38,001 nt of DNA from Candidatus Udaeobacter sp. (GCA_036002955.1 DASYSX010000039.1:1-38001), one strand, 5' to 3'; counted from the first letter of the stretch, positions 17,361-26,851 are shown. Numbers and translations are program-made. Notes: generated by a model not told the origin, from the letters alone.

Positions 17361-19832
17361 TTGGGAATTTTCATGACGAAACGAAGGCGCGAGCGTTTCG
17401 AGCGTTCAAAGATCATTGTTCCGATTCTGCTGGCAGGATGGATTCCTTCCGTCCTAACGCTGATCGTTTCCTACACCATCCTGCGCGACACGTTGGAATC
17501 ACGCATTTTGCGAGACCGGCAAACGCTGGTGCAATTGCTCGGGCACGTGGTCAGAACCGATCTCAGCCGTAGCAGTGAAATTATCAACTATTACGAGAGT
17601 CTCCCTGACGTCGCCCGGATTTTCAGTTCGCCAAATCCCGCCCCGGCTGCCCAACAGTGGGTCAACTCCGCCTTCTATTCACATCCAAACGTTGATGGGA
17701 TGTTTCTCGCTGGGCCAGAAGGGACTTTGCTCGCATCAATTCCCAACACGCCAGAGATGGTGGGCAAAGACTTTGGGGCGAATTATTGGCGTGAAGAAGC
17801 AACTGCTTCGGAGCAACCGGTCGTGTCGTCGATACATCCCAGGTCCTCCGATAACCGCGTTGTAGCCAACATTGTCGCCGCTATTCGCTCCCCTGACAGG
17901 AGGCTTCTTGGATTCGTCGGCGACTCGGTTCTTATAGAGAGAATTGGCAAGCGACTGTCTGCTATCGACTTTTCCGACCACTTCGTTTTCCAAGTGCTCG
18001 ACCAAAAGGGTGCGGCGCTTTTCTCAAACGAATTCAAACCAAATCCAGATACGACGGCGCCTGAGAGTAGCGAGTTACTCAACAAAATCGGCCAAAGGAA
18101 GAGTGGCCACTTCGAATACCGCAACAACCTTTATTCCTTCAGCCGCATCGAGTCGACCGGATGGGTGGCATTAGTGGAGCAACCGCTCGCTGTTGCGTAC
18201 AAACCGGTCCATGATCTTCTCGAGCGCATGACGCTCTTAACCGCATGGCTGGTTGTTCTGACGGGTGTCTTTGCATGGTTGGGCAGCCGGTTCTACGAAC
18301 GCCAACTGGAATCAAAACAGCAACTCGAACGCGAGGTCATCTTCAACGAGAAAATGCTCGCGAACATGCCTGGCGGTATCGCTCTAGTTGATCCTGTTTC
18401 TCGCCGGTTTCTGCATGCCAACGATGCATTTGCCAGGATGGCTGAACGTTTCGGAGATCTGCCGCCGGGTCGCGATATTACCGAAATCAGCTGCGATGAT
18501 GTAAAGATTGCGCCACCAGGGGCAGTTGAACGGGTGCTTAACTTTGGAACGCCGTTTCAACTGATCGAGCATCCGTTGAAAAATAAGTCGGGCGTGACGC
18601 ATTTTCTCGACATCAACCTGCTGCGACTGCAAGGAGCAAAGGAAACCGTTCAAGGCGTGCTTTATCTGGTGGAAGAAAAGACGCGCGATGTCACGCTGCG
18701 CCAGGAATTGATTGCCGCAAACGCAGCGAAGGACCAATTCCTGGCACAACTATCTCACGAGTTGCGAAGTCCTCTCACGCCTGTAATCGCCATGGTGGGA
18801 GAACTCGAAGCCGAGGTGCCGGATTCCAAGCCCGTCCGAGAAGCGCTTGAAGTCGTCCGTCGAAACGTCGAATTGGAAGCGCGTCTCATCGATGACTTGC
18901 TGGACATCACTCGCATCTCGAAAGGCAAACTCCAGCTGAGCTTCGAACCGATTTCCATCCATCAAATCCTCCAGCGCGCTTACGAGATATGCCGTGCCGA
19001 AATCGAGGCAAAAGACCTCGAAGTGAACTTCGCACTTCGCGCGCATCGTACGTATGTGGAAGGCGATCCAGCACGCTTGCAGCAGGTTTTTTGGAACCTG
19101 ATCAAAAACAGTGTCAAGTTCACCCCGGAAAAAGGACGCATTAGCATCGAAACTTTGAATCCGGTGCCCGACAAAATCGAGGCGCGCGTTACCGACACCG
19201 GCATTGGCATTGAGCCCGAGACGATCGACAAGATCTTTGACGCATTTGAACAGGGACAGAGTGATATCACCCGCCGGTTTGGCGGACTCGGGCTTGGCCT
19301 GACCATTTCAAAGACGTTGATCGACGCGCATGGTGGAAACATTCGCGTCCAAAGTTCCGGGAAAAATCAGGGTGCGACTTTTACAGTCGAACTAAGCACC
19401 ATTGAAAGCCCGATTGAGCGCGATGGGCACGGGCAGGATCAACCAATTGACCGGAAACCGGATGCCGCTGTTGTCAATCATCGGCGCGTCCTGCTGGTTG
19501 ACGACCATTACGACACCTGTCTCGGCATGAAGAGAATGTTGGAACGTCGCGGCTATCAGATAACTGTAGCCCATTCCGCGGAGCAGGCTGTGGAGCAAGT
19601 GCGCACACAAGAATTCGACCTGCTCATCAGCGACATCGGATTGCCCGACCGCAGCGGCTATGAATTAATGCGCGAGGTGCGACTCAACACACGTTTACCG
19701 GGAATCGCTTTGAGCGGCTTCGGAAGCGAACAGGATATCAATCAAGCTAAGGAAGCAGGGTTCGCTGAACATCTTACGAAGCCGATTAATTTTGAGCGCC
19801 TGGAGAAAACGATCGAAAGTTTGCTCTCGTAA
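17361..19832 (+). CDS. Hybrid sensor histidine kinase / response regulator (Cache-like periplasmic domain, PAS, HisKA, HATPase, REC)
   Basis: Two TM spans flank a ~250-aa extracytoplasmic domain. H-box LSHELRSPLTPV, N/G boxes WNLIKNSVKF, DTGIGIEPE and GGLGLGLTISKTLIDAHGG, and receiver domain VLLVDDH...LLISDIGLPDRSG...K. The track start is TTG 17361; ATG 17373 (MTKRRR) is an equally plausible start. Confidence 0.9.
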   Translation: MGIFMTKRRRERFERSKIIVPILLAGWIPSVLTLIVSYTILRDTLESRILRDRQTLVQLLGHVVRTDLSRSSEIINYYESLPDVARIFSSPNPAPAAQQWVNSAFYSHPNVDGMFLAGPEGTLLASIPNTPEMVGKDFGANYWREEATASEQPVVSSIHPRSSDNRVVANIVAAIRSPDRRLLGFVGDSVLIERIGKRLSAIDFSDHFVFQVLDQKGAALFSNEFKPNPDTTAPESSELLNKIGQRKSGHFEYRNNLYSFSRIESTGWVALVEQPLAVAYKPVHDLLERMTLLTAWLVVLTGVFAWLGSRFYERQLESKQQLEREVIFNEKMLANMPGGIALVDPVSRRFLHANDAFARMAERFGDLPPGRDITEISCDDVKIAPPGAVERVLNFGTPFQLIEHPLKNKSGVTHFLDINLLRLQGAKETVQGVLYLVEEKTRDVTLRQELIAANAAKDQFLAQLSHELRSPLTPVIAMVGELEAEVPDSKPVREALEVVRRNVELEARLIDDLLDITRISKGKLQLSFEPISIHQILQRAYEICRAEIEAKDLEVNFALRAHRTYVEGDPARLQQVFWNLIKNSVKFTPEKGRISIETLNPVPDKIEARVTDTGIGIEPETIDKIFDAFEQGQSDITRRFGGLGLGLTISKTLIDAHGGNIRVQSSGKNQGATFTVELSTIESPIERDGHGQDQPIDRKPDAAVVNHRRVLLVDDHYDTCLGMKRMLERRGYQITVAHSAEQAVEQVRTQEFDLLISDIGLPDRSGYELMREVRLNTRLPGIALSGFGSEQDINQAKEAGFAEHLTKPINFERLEKTIESLLS

Positions 19833-19900
19833 CTCGAGCGGCAGGACAATCCATTCTGCGAATCTAAGTCGCAGGTTCCCAATCGTCCGATCAGATCCAG

Positions 19901-20257
19901 TTATTCGCCAGCGTGTGCGCCGACCTCTGCGTTCACCCTTCGCTCTTCCGCTTCTTTTAATTGCCTGGAGAGCTTTTCCACGCGTTGCCGCATGATTTTA
20001 CCCGCCTTGAACTTCACCGTCGCACGCGGCGGAATTACGAAACTGCTCCCCGGTTGATTTGGATTTCGTCCGATCCGCGGTCTGGTAAGGCGCGGGAGGA
20101 ACACGCCGAAGTTTCTCAACTCAACCGGGATATTATTGGCCAGGCTGTCTGTGATTTTATCGAGAGTCTTTTGCACCACATCGAAGACCTGATGCTGAAC
20201 CATCCCAGTCTGATTGCTGATCGACACCACAATGTCGCGCTTGGTTAATTTCGCCAT
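19901..20257 (-). CDS. HU/IHF-family DNA-binding protein with C-terminal helical extension
   Basis: 118 aa. LTKRDIV...VELRNFGVF.PR.TRPRIGRNPNQPG..FVIPPRATVKFKAGK matches the HU/IHF arm motif (R.GRNP.TG). Confidence 0.85.
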   Translation of the reverse strand: MAKLTKRDIVVSISNQTGMVQHQVFDVVQKTLDKITDSLANNIPVELRNFGVFLPRLTRPRIGRNPNQPGSSFVIPPRATVKFKAGKIMRQRVEKLSRQLKEAEERRVNAEVGAHAGE

Positions 20258-20346
20258 ATCTAATTTAGTATTCGTTCCTTGTGACTCCGTTGGTGGCCAA
20301 AATGAAGCACAAAAAGGCGATTTTTTGAATTCGGAGCTTCAACGCT

Positions 20347-21318
20347 TCAATTAGTGACGTTAGGCGAGGTGCGCCGTCGCCACTGTTCGCGAGGAGGCGG
20401 CGCGGCATAATGTTGCGGAGCAATCTCGTGCGCGGTCCGGAAATGAACTTTCGCCACGTCGCGCAGCGCCTGCGGGCCGTTCAGTTCGACTAGCTTTTTT
20501 GCAGTCTCCTTCACCCCGGAAGACACGCCGCGTTCCAAACGCATACCGACTTCTTTGCCTTTGCGTTCGAGCCAATTGATGAATCCCTCACGGGCTATGA
20601 TCGATGCCGCCGCCACAGCGATGTCAGATTCCGCTCGCGGCCTTTGTTCAAGAACAATGTTACGTCCATGCCTCATCAAGGACTCCTTGATTACGCGTGC
20701 GTCGGCGAACTGGTCCGATAACGACCGCGGGCAGTCCGGTTTTCGCGCCAGCAAATTCTCGATCACCCGCGCGTGCCCCCACCCCAGAAGACGATTCAAA
20801 TTGGCAAACTTTTCGTATAAATCATTGTACTTGGCCGGGCCGATCAGAACGATTTCTACCAGACCTTGTGAAGTTTTTCGAATTGTGTCCGCCAGCGCAC
20901 GAATCCGCGCATCGGAGCTGATCCGCTTGCTATCTACGACGCCGCCGTCGAGAAGCTTCCGCGCGATACCCCGATCAACGTAAACCCCAGAAATCACCAA
21001 AGGTCCGAAGAAATCGCCCTTCCCGCTTTCGTCCACGCCGAAATGCGGCTCGAACATTTCAGGCGAGTGCACTTCTTCATAACCTAGTTTCGCTTCACCG
21101 AGAATCTTCGGCTCGAGTTCGAACTGCACGAATTCCTCCAGCCCGCGACCCTGCACCAGCACCTTTGGTCCTTTCTCGTACACCGCCACGCTTAACTTGT
21201 TCTTTTGCGCAAAAAAAATGGTCCAATCCTTCGGGGAGAACTCGAATCCTGACTCCTCGAGCAAACCGCGAAGCTTTCCTACTTGATCATGGGAAAGTAG
21301 ATGCGTGTAAGAATTCAT
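20347..21318 (-). CDS. rnhC: Ribonuclease HIII
   Basis: N-terminal TBP-like domain (KLSVAVYEKGPKVLVQG) followed by an RNase HII/HIII catalytic core (FGVDESGKGDFFGPLVISGVYV). I chose ATG 21318 (MNSYTHLL) because the TTG at 21348 lies inside a palindromic repeat arm. Confidence 0.8.
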   Translation of the reverse strand: MNSYTHLLSHDQVGKLRGLLEESGFEFSPKDWTIFFAQKNKLSVAVYEKGPKVLVQGRGLEEFVQFELEPKILGEAKLGYEEVHSPEMFEPHFGVDESGKGDFFGPLVISGVYVDRGIARKLLDGGVVDSKRISSDARIRALADTIRKTSQGLVEIVLIGPAKYNDLYEKFANLNRLLGWGHARVIENLLARKPDCPRSLSDQFADARVIKESLMRHGRNIVLEQRPRAESDIAVAAASIIAREGFINWLERKGKEVGMRLERGVSSGVKETAKKLVELNGPQALRDVAKVHFRTAHEIAPQHYAAPPPREQWRRRTSPNVTN

Positions 21319-21325
21319 TTCGGAA

Positions 21326-21408
21326 AACGCCGAACGCTCAACGCTCAACGCCTAATCCTCAACTCGGAATTCGCCATTGGACGTTCAGCGTTGGGCGTTG
21401 GACGTTCG
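21326..21408. repeat. Long imperfect palindrome with CAACGC(T/C) heptamer-repeat arms
   Basis: The left arm gaacgctcaacgctcaacgcctaatcctcaa pairs against the reverse complement of the right arm gaacgtccaacgcccaacgctgaacgtccaa, with centre ctcggaattcgcca. It fills the divergent rnhC/mutY intergenic region. Confidence 0.75.
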
Positions 21409-21418
21409 CTGCCAAACA

Positions 21419-22465
21419 GTGACACCGCCAGAAAACCTTGCCGTTTTTCGCCACTCTCTTGTTCGCTGGTATCGTCGCAACGGGCGCGATCTGCCTTGGC
21501 GCCGGACCCGCGATCCGTACGCAATCCTCGTTTCCGAGTTCATGCTGCAGCAGACGCAGGTCGCGACTGTGATTCCGTATTATGACAAGTGGCTTTGCAG
21601 GTTTCCGGATTTCGCCTCACTGGCGCGCGCTTCGGAAAACGAGGTGCTTCGCGCGTGGCAAGGCCTCGGCTATTACGCTCGCGCGCGAAATCTCCACGCC
21701 ACCGCAAAAACCGTTATGAATCGACATGACGGAAAATTCCCCCGTCGAGTCGAGCAAATGCGACAACTTTCGGGAATCGGGAAATACACCGCGCATGCAG
21801 TGGCCAGCTTTGCCTTTGATGAACCGGTTCCGATCGTCGAAGCGAACACCGGTCGCGTTTTAGCCCGACTTTTCGATTTGCGCGAATCGATCGATTCCAA
21901 TCGGGGCCGCCGCCTCCTTTGGCAACACGCAGCGAGTGTTCTCCCGAAAACCGATGCCGCGACTTTCAACTCTGCACTCCTCGATTTTGGCGCGCTCATT
22001 TGCATTCCCCGAAAGCCGAGGTGCGATGTGTGCGCAGTCAAAAATTTTTGCCGCGCAAAACATCCGGATGCACTCCCAATAAGGAAGTCGCGACCGGAAA
22101 CCAAACGACTCATAGAGATGCATGCATTAATCATTAGGCGCGGCCGGATTCTACTCGAGCAATCCCGCCATCGTTGGCGCGGCATGTGGATTTTGCCGCC
22201 GCTCGTTATTGACTGCTTGGAACAGTCGCGTGTTGAGCGCAGGCCAATTTACGAGTCCGTGTTTCCGTTCACCCATCATCGAGTCACTCTTTCTGTGTAT
22301 CGCCGCTCCGCACCAAAGCGAATCGCTTCCGGACAGGAGTGGTTTGGATCGATCGAAGAGGTCGCAATGCCTTCACCGCACCGGCGCGCGATCGACGCGC
22401 TGCCGGAAGGACGCCGATTTTCAGTGCAACATGAGCAGCGCACAAGTCCCAGCAACGGTAGTTAA
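21419..22465 (+). CDS. mutY: A/G-specific adenine DNA glycosylase MutY
   Basis: [32 protein letters not shown], Hh[13 protein letters not shown], Fe-S cluster cysteines ([16 protein letters not shown]), and a C-terminal NUDIX-like domain. I chose GTG 21419 because the track TTG start at 21377 is inside the palindromic repeat. The 3' end overlaps the convergent permease gene by 45 nt. Confidence 0.85.
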   Translation: MTPPENLAVFRHSLVRWYRRNGRDLPWRRTRDPYAILVSEFMLQQTQVATVIPYYDKWLCRFPDFASLARASENEVLRAWQGLGYYARARNLHATAKTVMNRHDGKFPRRVEQMRQLSGIGKYTAHAVASFAFDEPVPIVEANTGRVLARLFDLRESIDSNRGRRLLWQHAASVLPKTDAATFNSALLDFGALICIPRKPRCDVCAVKNFCRAKHPDALPIRKSRPETKRLIEMHALIIRRGRILLEQSRHRWRGMWILPPLVIDCLEQSRVERRPIYESVFPFTHHRVTLSVYRRSAPKRIASGQEWFGSIEEVAMPSPHRRAIDALPEGRRFSVQHEQRTSPSNGS

Positions 22466-23662
22466 AATCGTGATGGGAATGCCAAATCGTGCGTAATCCC
22501 AGAAGCCAATTTCCAGATGTTCCCGCGCGGATTCCACAACGATCATGTTCGCGACCGAACCGATGATTGTAAGGTTGCCGGCGAAGGTCGTCGCCAGCGC
22601 GAGCACTTTCCACATCAACGCAGGATCCGCGAAATGTGGAATCCATTTACCGGCCACGAGAACAAAGGGCACATTGGAAAAAACGTTTGAGCCAGCCACG
22701 GCGAACCAACTCAAATTCCAAGCCTGCGGTGTCGCGTGGGCTCCGAACATCGGCTGCAGATGGCGATAAATCGCGTCGGGCAACCCTGTGTCGCTCAGTC
22801 CCTCGACGACGACAAATAACGCCGCAAAAAAGACAAGCAAATGCCAATCAACAAGCTTTAGGACCTCATGCGTATCGCGGCGCGCGAGTACCATCACCAG
22901 CGCCGCGCCGGCAAGCGCTGTCCATGCCAGGTTTAAGCCGGCAAGAAAACAGAGGAAGATCGACACGAAAACTATGCATACGATCGCGAACAGACCGCGG
23001 TCGAGCTTCTGAATCGGATGAGGTTCCCGGCTAATCGCAGCCGCGCGCAGCACTTTGCGAAAACCGAAACTCACAATCCCAAAATTGATCGCCAACCCAA
23101 CGAGCGCAGCCGGCGCGAGCGATCGCGCGAATTCGGAAAACGGGATGCGCGAGAAGTGCCCGATGATCATGTTTTGAGGATTTCCAACCAGCGTCGCCAC
23201 GCTGCCGATATTGGCGCTGGTCGCGAGTGCGATGAGAAACGGCAACAGCGGAAGTTTACCGCGACGGATGACGGCAACCACCAACGGCGTCAGCATCAAA
23301 CAAATCGTATCGTTGACCAGCAACGCTGATAAGATTCCCGAGATAAGCGTCAGAAAAAGCAACAGTCGTTGCGGCGTGTGCGAGAACTTTAGGACGACGT
23401 CAGCCGCCCATTCGAAAAAGTGTGCGAGGTAAAGATACGCCGAGATAAGCATCATCCCGAGCAACAGGACCAGCGTGTCGTAGTTGACCGCGTGATACGC
23501 GCGTTCCGGCGTCATCACGCCAGTCGAAACCATCAATACCGCACCGAGCAAAGCAGCAGCTGGCCGATTCAAAGGCAGAATCTTGAGCTGTCGCCCACTG
23601 ATCAGCACATACGTAATAGCAAAGATAACCGTCGCGACGATTTCCTTTTGCCACTGATTCAC
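22421..23662 (-). CDS. ArsB/NhaD-superfamily anion permease (YbiR-like)
   Basis: 413 aa, ~10-12 TM spans. The N-terminus [33 protein letters not shown] and the repeated [12 protein letters not shown] / GSVANMIV hairpin motifs resemble YbiR/ArsB-type permeases. Confidence 0.7.
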   Translation of the reverse strand: MNQWQKEIVATVIFAITYVLISGRQLKILPLNRPAAALLGAVLMVSTGVMTPERAYHAVNYDTLVLLLGMMLISAYLYLAHFFEWAADVVLKFSHTPQRLLLFLTLISGILSALLVNDTICLMLTPLVVAVIRRGKLPLLPFLIALATSANIGSVATLVGNPQNMIIGHFSRIPFSEFARSLAPAALVGLAINFGIVSFGFRKVLRAAAISREPHPIQKLDRGLFAIVCIVFVSIFLCFLAGLNLAWTALAGAALVMVLARRDTHEVLKLVDWHLLVFFAALFVVVEGLSDTGLPDAIYRHLQPMFGAHATPQAWNLSWFAVAGSNVFSNVPFVLVAGKWIPHFADPALMWKVLALATTFAGNLTIIGSVANMIVVESAREHLEIGFWDYARFGIPITILTTVAGTCALLMLH

Positions 23663-23778
23663 GGGCGTCCATAACGGATGGCGTGGCGCTTTTCAATTCA
23701 CGTGCCGCGCTGTGGTTTCCAGTCAGGGTTGAGCGTTGAAACGTTTACGTTTCTCTGCGATAAGCTTTGCACTGAGAT

Positions 23779-24654
23779 ATGCGAAGCATGACTGGATACG
23801 GTCGCGGCGAGACCGACCACGACGGAACGAAATTTACTGTGGAGCTAAATTCCGTGAACCGGAAACAGAGCGACGTCGTGGTTAATTTGCCACGTGATCT
23901 CGTTGAGCTTGAACCGCGCATTCGCCAGACAATCAATGAAAGCATTTCGCGCGGTCGCACGAACGCGACGGTCAGTCTTCATAGCGGCGCCAACGGCGCG
24001 CGGACGCTCGCGCTCAACACGGAACTCGCCCGTTCGTATCACGAAGCGATGCGCTCATTGCAAAAGGAATTGAATGCGCCGGGGGACATCACCATCGCCA
24101 CCATCCTCCAAGCGCCCGGCGTAATGCGGTTCCCGGAAGAAGCGCTGGATCCCGAAGGTACATGGCCGGCAGTCGAACGCGCTCTGCGTGCCGCGCTCGC
24201 AGATCTGATCAAAATGCGCGTACGCGAAGGCAAACATTTGGCCAAAGATTTGATTCACCGTCTGAAAGCAATTCGAAAAAAACTCAAAGAAGTCCGGGCA
24301 CTGCATCCCGATGTGGTGAAACGGTATCGCGCGGCGCTACTCGATCGGATACAAAAAGCCGGGCTACCGCTGCCTAACGAGGATGAGCGCGTCTTGAAAG
24401 AGATTACGTTTTTTGCCGATCGCGCTGATGTATCGGAAGAGCTAACGCGGCTCGAAAGTCACCTTGCTCAATTTGCCCATCATTTGCGGAGCAAAGAGCC
24501 GGTTGGGCGCACACTGGAATTCATCACACAGGAGATTTTCCGAGAACTCAACACCCTCGGAGCGAAAGCGAATGACGCTGCAATCTCCCAACGCGTCATC
24601 GGCTGCAAAGCCGAATTGGAAAAGATCCGTGAGCAAATTCAAAATCTTGAGTAA
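23779..24654 (+). CDS. yicC: YicC-family stress-induced protein (endoribonuclease YicC)
   Basis: 291 aa, MRSMTGYGRGE..., C-terminal DVSEELTRLESHL...GRTLEFITQEIFRELNTLGAKA, the canonical YicC N- and C-domains. Confidence 0.85.
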   Translation: MRSMTGYGRGETDHDGTKFTVELNSVNRKQSDVVVNLPRDLVELEPRIRQTINESISRGRTNATVSLHSGANGARTLALNTELARSYHEAMRSLQKELNAPGDITIATILQAPGVMRFPEEALDPEGTWPAVERALRAALADLIKMRVREGKHLAKDLIHRLKAIRKKLKEVRALHPDVVKRYRAALLDRIQKAGLPLPNEDERVLKEITFFADRADVSEELTRLESHLAQFAHHLRSKEPVGRTLEFITQEIFRELNTLGAKANDAAISQRVIGCKAELEKIREQIQNLE

Positions 24655-24727
24655 GCAATCCTTTGGCCGAAATGCAGTCGAATCGCAGCACACCGGAGCG
24701 CGATCTGTTGAAGCGAGCGTTCTCTAA

Positions 24728-24818
24728 GTCATGTTGAGCGAAGCGAAACATCTCTGAATATTCGCTTGGTGACGGAAGAAAGAAGTAGTCTGAGATGCTT
24801 CGCTTCGCTCAGAATGAC
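24728..24818. repeat. GTCAT..GAGCGAAGCGAA...TTCGCTTCGCTCAGAATGAC palindromic element, copy B
   Basis: The left arm gtcatgttgagcgaagcgaaacatctc and the reverse complement of the right arm gtcattctgagcgaagcgaagcatctc match at 24 of 27 positions, with a ~37-nt loop. It lies between yicC and gmk. Confidence 0.75.
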
Positions 24819-24824
24819 AAGCTA

Positions 24825-25430
24825 ATGAAAATCAGCCGGCACGGAATCCTCTTCGTCATTTCCGCTCCATCGGGCGCGGGAAAGACCACTGTCGTTCAAG
24901 CTCTGAGAAAGACCGGGAACTTTTTTTATTCCGTCTCCTGCACGACGCGGGCACCACGCAGCGGCGAGACTGACGGCACCCATTATCACTTTCTTTCACA
25001 CGCAGATTTTCTCGCAAAACTGGAAGCCCGCGATTTTCTGGAGCACGCACAGGTGCACGGGGATTATTACGGCACCTTACGCGAGCCTGTGTTGTCGAAT
25101 CTGAAAAACGGTGTCGACATTCTGATCGACATCGACACGCAAGGTGCCGCGACAATCCGCAATTCCGACGATCCGATTGTTCGCCAGGCGTTGGCGGACG
25201 TTTTCATCATGCCTCCTGACATTGAAGAATTGCGGAGGCGATTGATGAAACGCGGGACCGAAACGGCGCAGCAGATCGAGTCGCGTCTCGCCACCGCCGC
25301 GAGAGAAATGGAATTATGGCGCGATTACCGGTACACTATCGTCAGCGGTTCAGTCGATGAAGATCTCAAAAACGTCCGGAATGTCATGTCTGCCGAAACG
25401 TTCTTGAGCAGGCGGCTGACGCTACATTGA
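24825..25430 (+). CDS. gmk: Guanylate kinase
   Basis: P-loop ISAPSGAGKTT, SCTTRAPRSGE.DG.HYHF, and the HGDYYGT context. I chose ATG 24825 because the upstream extension MLRFAQNDKL is encoded by a repeat arm. Confidence 0.9.
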   Translation: MKISRHGILFVISAPSGAGKTTVVQALRKTGNFFYSVSCTTRAPRSGETDGTHYHFLSHADFLAKLEARDFLEHAQVHGDYYGTLREPVLSNLKNGVDILIDIDTQGAATIRNSDDPIVRQALADVFIMPPDIEELRRRLMKRGTETAQQIESRLATAAREMELWRDYRYTIVSGSVDEDLKNVRNVMSAETFLSRRLTLH

Positions 25431-25435
25431 TCGAT

Positions 25436-26068
25436 ATGGGTGCAACGGAGAAAAATTCGAGACGTAAGTTGGAGAAAAGCAATCCTCAAAAAGTAGTGGA
25501 CATTCCTGCTGGCAGGAAATCGGTCGTGCTCGGGATCACTGGATCAATAGCCGCGTACAAATCCGCAGAGCTTGCAAGCGTGCTGGTCAAACAAGGGCAT
25601 GAGGTTTTCGCCGTGATGACACACGACGCGAGCGAATTTATTTCACCGCTCACGTTGCAGACGCTGTCGAAAAATCCGGTGATGACGAGCTTCTTCGACG
25701 AAAAAGAAAGCTGGCGACCGGGGCACATTGATCTTGCGGACCGCGCGAACCTGCTTCTGATCGCGCCAGCTACTGCGCACATAATCGCCGAGCTCGCGCA
25801 GGGTCTGGCGGGTCATCCTCTAGCGGCGATCGCGCTCGCCACTCGCGCGCCGATTCTGGTCGCACCAGCGATGAACGGAAAAATGTGGGCGCATCCTGCG
25901 ACGCAGGACAATGTGGAAAAACTCAAAGCGCGCGGCGTCGAATTCATCGGGCCGGAAGAAGGAATGCTGGCGTGCGGATACGAAGGACTCGGCCGATTGT
26001 GGAAAGTGAATGACATCGCGTTCCGTGCGGAATTTCTCCTTACCCGGCACGACAAACTGATCGCGTGA
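25436..26068 (+). CDS. coaC: Phosphopantothenoylcysteine decarboxylase (CoaC flavoprotein domain as a separate ORF)
   Basis: VLGITGSIAAYKSAELASVL, LLIAPATAHIIAELAQGLA, VAPAMNGKMW and ACGYEGLGRL are the CoaC half of Dfp. The track start is TTG 25427, overlapping the gmk stop; ATG 25436 is in frame. The stop TGA at 26066-26068 overlaps GTG 26065 of coaB. Confidence 0.85.
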   Translation: MGATEKNSRRKLEKSNPQKVVDIPAGRKSVVLGITGSIAAYKSAELASVLVKQGHEVFAVMTHDASEFISPLTLQTLSKNPVMTSFFDEKESWRPGHIDLADRANLLLIAPATAHIIAELAQGLAGHPLAAIALATRAPILVAPAMNGKMWAHPATQDNVEKLKARGVEFIGPEEGMLACGYEGLGRLWKVNDIAFRAEFLLTRHDKLIA

Positions 26069-26712
26069 CATTTCTCATCACCGCCGGTCCGACGCGCGAA
26101 CCGATCGATCCAGTTCGTTACATCTCCAACCGGTCGTCCGGAAAAATGGGTTATGCCATCGCAGAAGCCGCATTGGATGCCGGACATGACGTCATTCTCA
26201 TTTCCGGTCCGGTCAATCTTGCGCCGCCGCGCAAAGCCAAATTCATCTCCGTTTCGACAAGTGACGAAATGTTTGATGCCGTTCACCAACACGCGAACAG
26301 CTCCGACGTTTGCGTTCTCTGTGCTGCGGTGGCGGATTACAAGGCGGCTCAGGTCTCGCCGGTGAAAATTAAAAAACACAACGCCGAATTTTCGTTGGAA
26401 TTAATGCCGACACGCGACATTCTCCAGTCGTTAGGCGTGCGACACACTGGCGAATTTCTTCTCGTCGGCTTTGCAGCGGAAACGGATAACATCGAAGCAA
26501 ATGCCACGAAAAAGCTGCGCGAAAAGAATTGCGACATCATCGTCGCGAATGATGCGCGTATCGGAATGGAAACCGACGAAAATGAGTTGCTGATTCTGTT
26601 TCGTAACGGCGAAACGAGGAAAACTTCGCGTGCGCCAAAAACATTTCTCGCGCACGAGCTGGTGAAAATTTTTTCAAAATCACAACAAAAAAGTTTGACA
26701 AAAAAAATGTGA
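26065..26712 (+). CDS. coaB: Phosphopantothenate--cysteine ligase (CoaB domain as a separate ORF)
   Basis: Begins (GTG) TFLITAGPTREPIDPVRYISNRSSGKMGYAIAEAA, then CAAVADYK and VGFAAET, which is the CoaB half of Dfp. It is in a different frame from coaC. Confidence 0.85.
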   Translation: MTFLITAGPTREPIDPVRYISNRSSGKMGYAIAEAALDAGHDVILISGPVNLAPPRKAKFISVSTSDEMFDAVHQHANSSDVCVLCAAVADYKAAQVSPVKIKKHNAEFSLELMPTRDILQSLGVRHTGEFLLVGFAAETDNIEANATKKLREKNCDIIVANDARIGMETDENELLILFRNGETRKTSRAPKTFLAHELVKIFSKSQQKSLTKKM

Positions 26713-26797
26713 TGATTACTGAACGCACATAAGTGAAGTCATTCCCAACTCTTCACAATGCCCCGCGCGTTGCGGATTGAAAGGGGGGAATTAGTCG

Positions 26798-26851
26798 ATG
26801 GCAAAGAAAAAAGCAGCAAAGAAAAAAACAGCGAAGAAAAAGAGGCATTAA
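26798..26851 (+). CDS. Candidate 17-aa polylysine micro-ORF MAKKKAAKKKTAKKKRH
   Basis: ATG 26798 lies 9 nt after AAGGGGGG (26781-26788). The body is three in-frame 15-nt tandem units (gcaaagaaaaaagca / gcaaagaaaaaaaca / gcgaagaaaaagagg), ending in TAA at 26849-26851. A hairpin and a strong intrinsic terminator follow. It is too short for the ORF track, and there is no homology evidence. Confidence 0.35.
   Translation: MAKKKAAKKKTAKKKRH

Noticed and set aside
21319-21418. TTG starts at 21348 (rnhC) and 21377 (mutY)
   Set aside because: Both lie inside the arms of the CAACGC-heptamer palindrome. ATG 21318 and GTG 21419 align better with the known N-termini of RNase HIII and MutY.
24795-24824. 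N-terminal extension MLRFAQNDKL on guanylate kinase
   Set aside because: It is encoded by the right arm of the palindromic repeat 24728-24818. The internal ATG 24825 gives a normal N-terminus just ahead of the P-loop.
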